Shown: piece by piece, positions 63,050 through 64,000 of the stretch
Layout: each line of letters opens with the position of its first letter
Numbering within the stretch: position 1 is the stretch's first letter
Assembly: GCF_031769215.1 (NCBI RefSeq)
Contig: NW_026782393.1
Coordinates: 62,001 to 126,000, forward strand
Length of the DNA stretch: 64,000 nt
Source of the DNA: Ylistrum balloti
Lineage: Eukaryota
Direction: 5' to 3'
Made by a program: the position numbers and the translations under genes
The notes under the pieces: generated by a model
Databases searched by the model: none
The model's input: the letters and a program-made list of their open reading frames with translations, nothing else
Told to the model about the DNA's origin: nothing

Positions 63050-64000
63050 CTGTCCCTAGCTTATATACAGTATATCTTGATATAATGCCTGTCTATAACA
63101 TACAGTAAACCTCGATATAGCGTCCCTAGCTTATATACAGTATATATTGATATAATGCCTGTCTATAACATACAGTAAACCTCGATATAGCGTCCCTAGC
63201 TTATATACAGTATATATTGATATAATGCCTGTCTATAACATACAGTAAACCTCGATATAGCGTCCCTAGCTTATATACAGTATATATTGATATAATGCCT
63301 GTCTATAACATACAGTAAACCGCGATATAGCGTCCCTAGCTTATATACAGTATATCTTGATATAATGCCTGTCTGTAATATACAGTAAACCGCGATATAC
63401 CGTCCCTAGCTTATATAAAGTATATCTTCATATAATGCCTGTCTGTAATACAGTAAACCTCGATATAGCGTCCCTAGCTTATATACAATATATCTTGATA
63501 TACTCTCTGTCTGTAACATACAGTTAACTCGATATACCGTCCCTAGCTTATATACAGTATATCTTGATATACTGTCTGTCTGTAATACAAGTTAACCTCG
63601 ATATACCGTCCCTAGCTTATTATATACAATATACAATGTATCTTGATATAATATCTCTCTGTAATAAACAGCTAACCTCGATATACTGTTCCTAGCTTAT
63701 ATACAGTATATCTTGATATAATGCCTGTCTATAATATACAGTAAACCTCGATATACCGTCCCTAGCTCATATACAATATATCTTGATATAATGTCTGTCT
63801 GTAATACAAGTTTACCTCGATATACCGTCCCTAGCTTATATACAGTATATGTTCATATAATGCCTGTCTGTAATATACCTTTAACGTCGATATACTGTCC
63901 CTAGCTTATATACAGTATATCTTGATATAATGCCTGTCTGTAATACAGTTAACCTCGATATAGCGTCCCTAGCTTATATACAGTATATCTTGATATAATG
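63050..64000. repeat. 70-bp satellite (two related 35-bp halves), continuing past the window end
   Basis: gtccctagc at 63052, 63122, 63192...; halves tacagtatatcttgatataatgcctgtctataaca and tacagtaaacctcgatatagcgtccctagcttata. Confidence 0.95.

Overview
AT-rich, intron-rich animal genomic DNA. A bivalve mollusc, probably an oyster, is inferred from the repeat families and gene content. Five multi-exon protein-coding genes could be rebuilt by hand with GT-AG junctions and matching phases: (1-2) two tandem paralogues of an RBR-type E3 ubiquitin ligase, each with an N-terminal ubiquitin-like region and a RING1 retaining only half its zinc ligands (+; 2732-5160 and 7364-10415); (3) a CABIT/proline-rich/SAM adaptor, GAREM/THEMIS-like (-; 17304-13290); (4) PRPF3, the U4/U6 snRNP protein (-; 19 coding exons, 45212-27634, 632 aa); (5) a BMP5-8/gbb-family ligand (+; 6 exons, 49430-58622, 422 aa) lacking the inter-chain disulfide cysteine. 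The rest holds a Tc1 transposase remnant, a LINE 3' fragment, tRNA-derived SINEs, MITE/HINE-like elements, several minisatellites and a 151-N gap. The most unusual signal is in PRPF3. Three unrelated minisatellites are each built from one of the gene's own exon-intron boundaries (one 5' splice-site array, two 3' splice-site arrays). A candidate poison or alternative terminal exon lies in the same intron as one of them.
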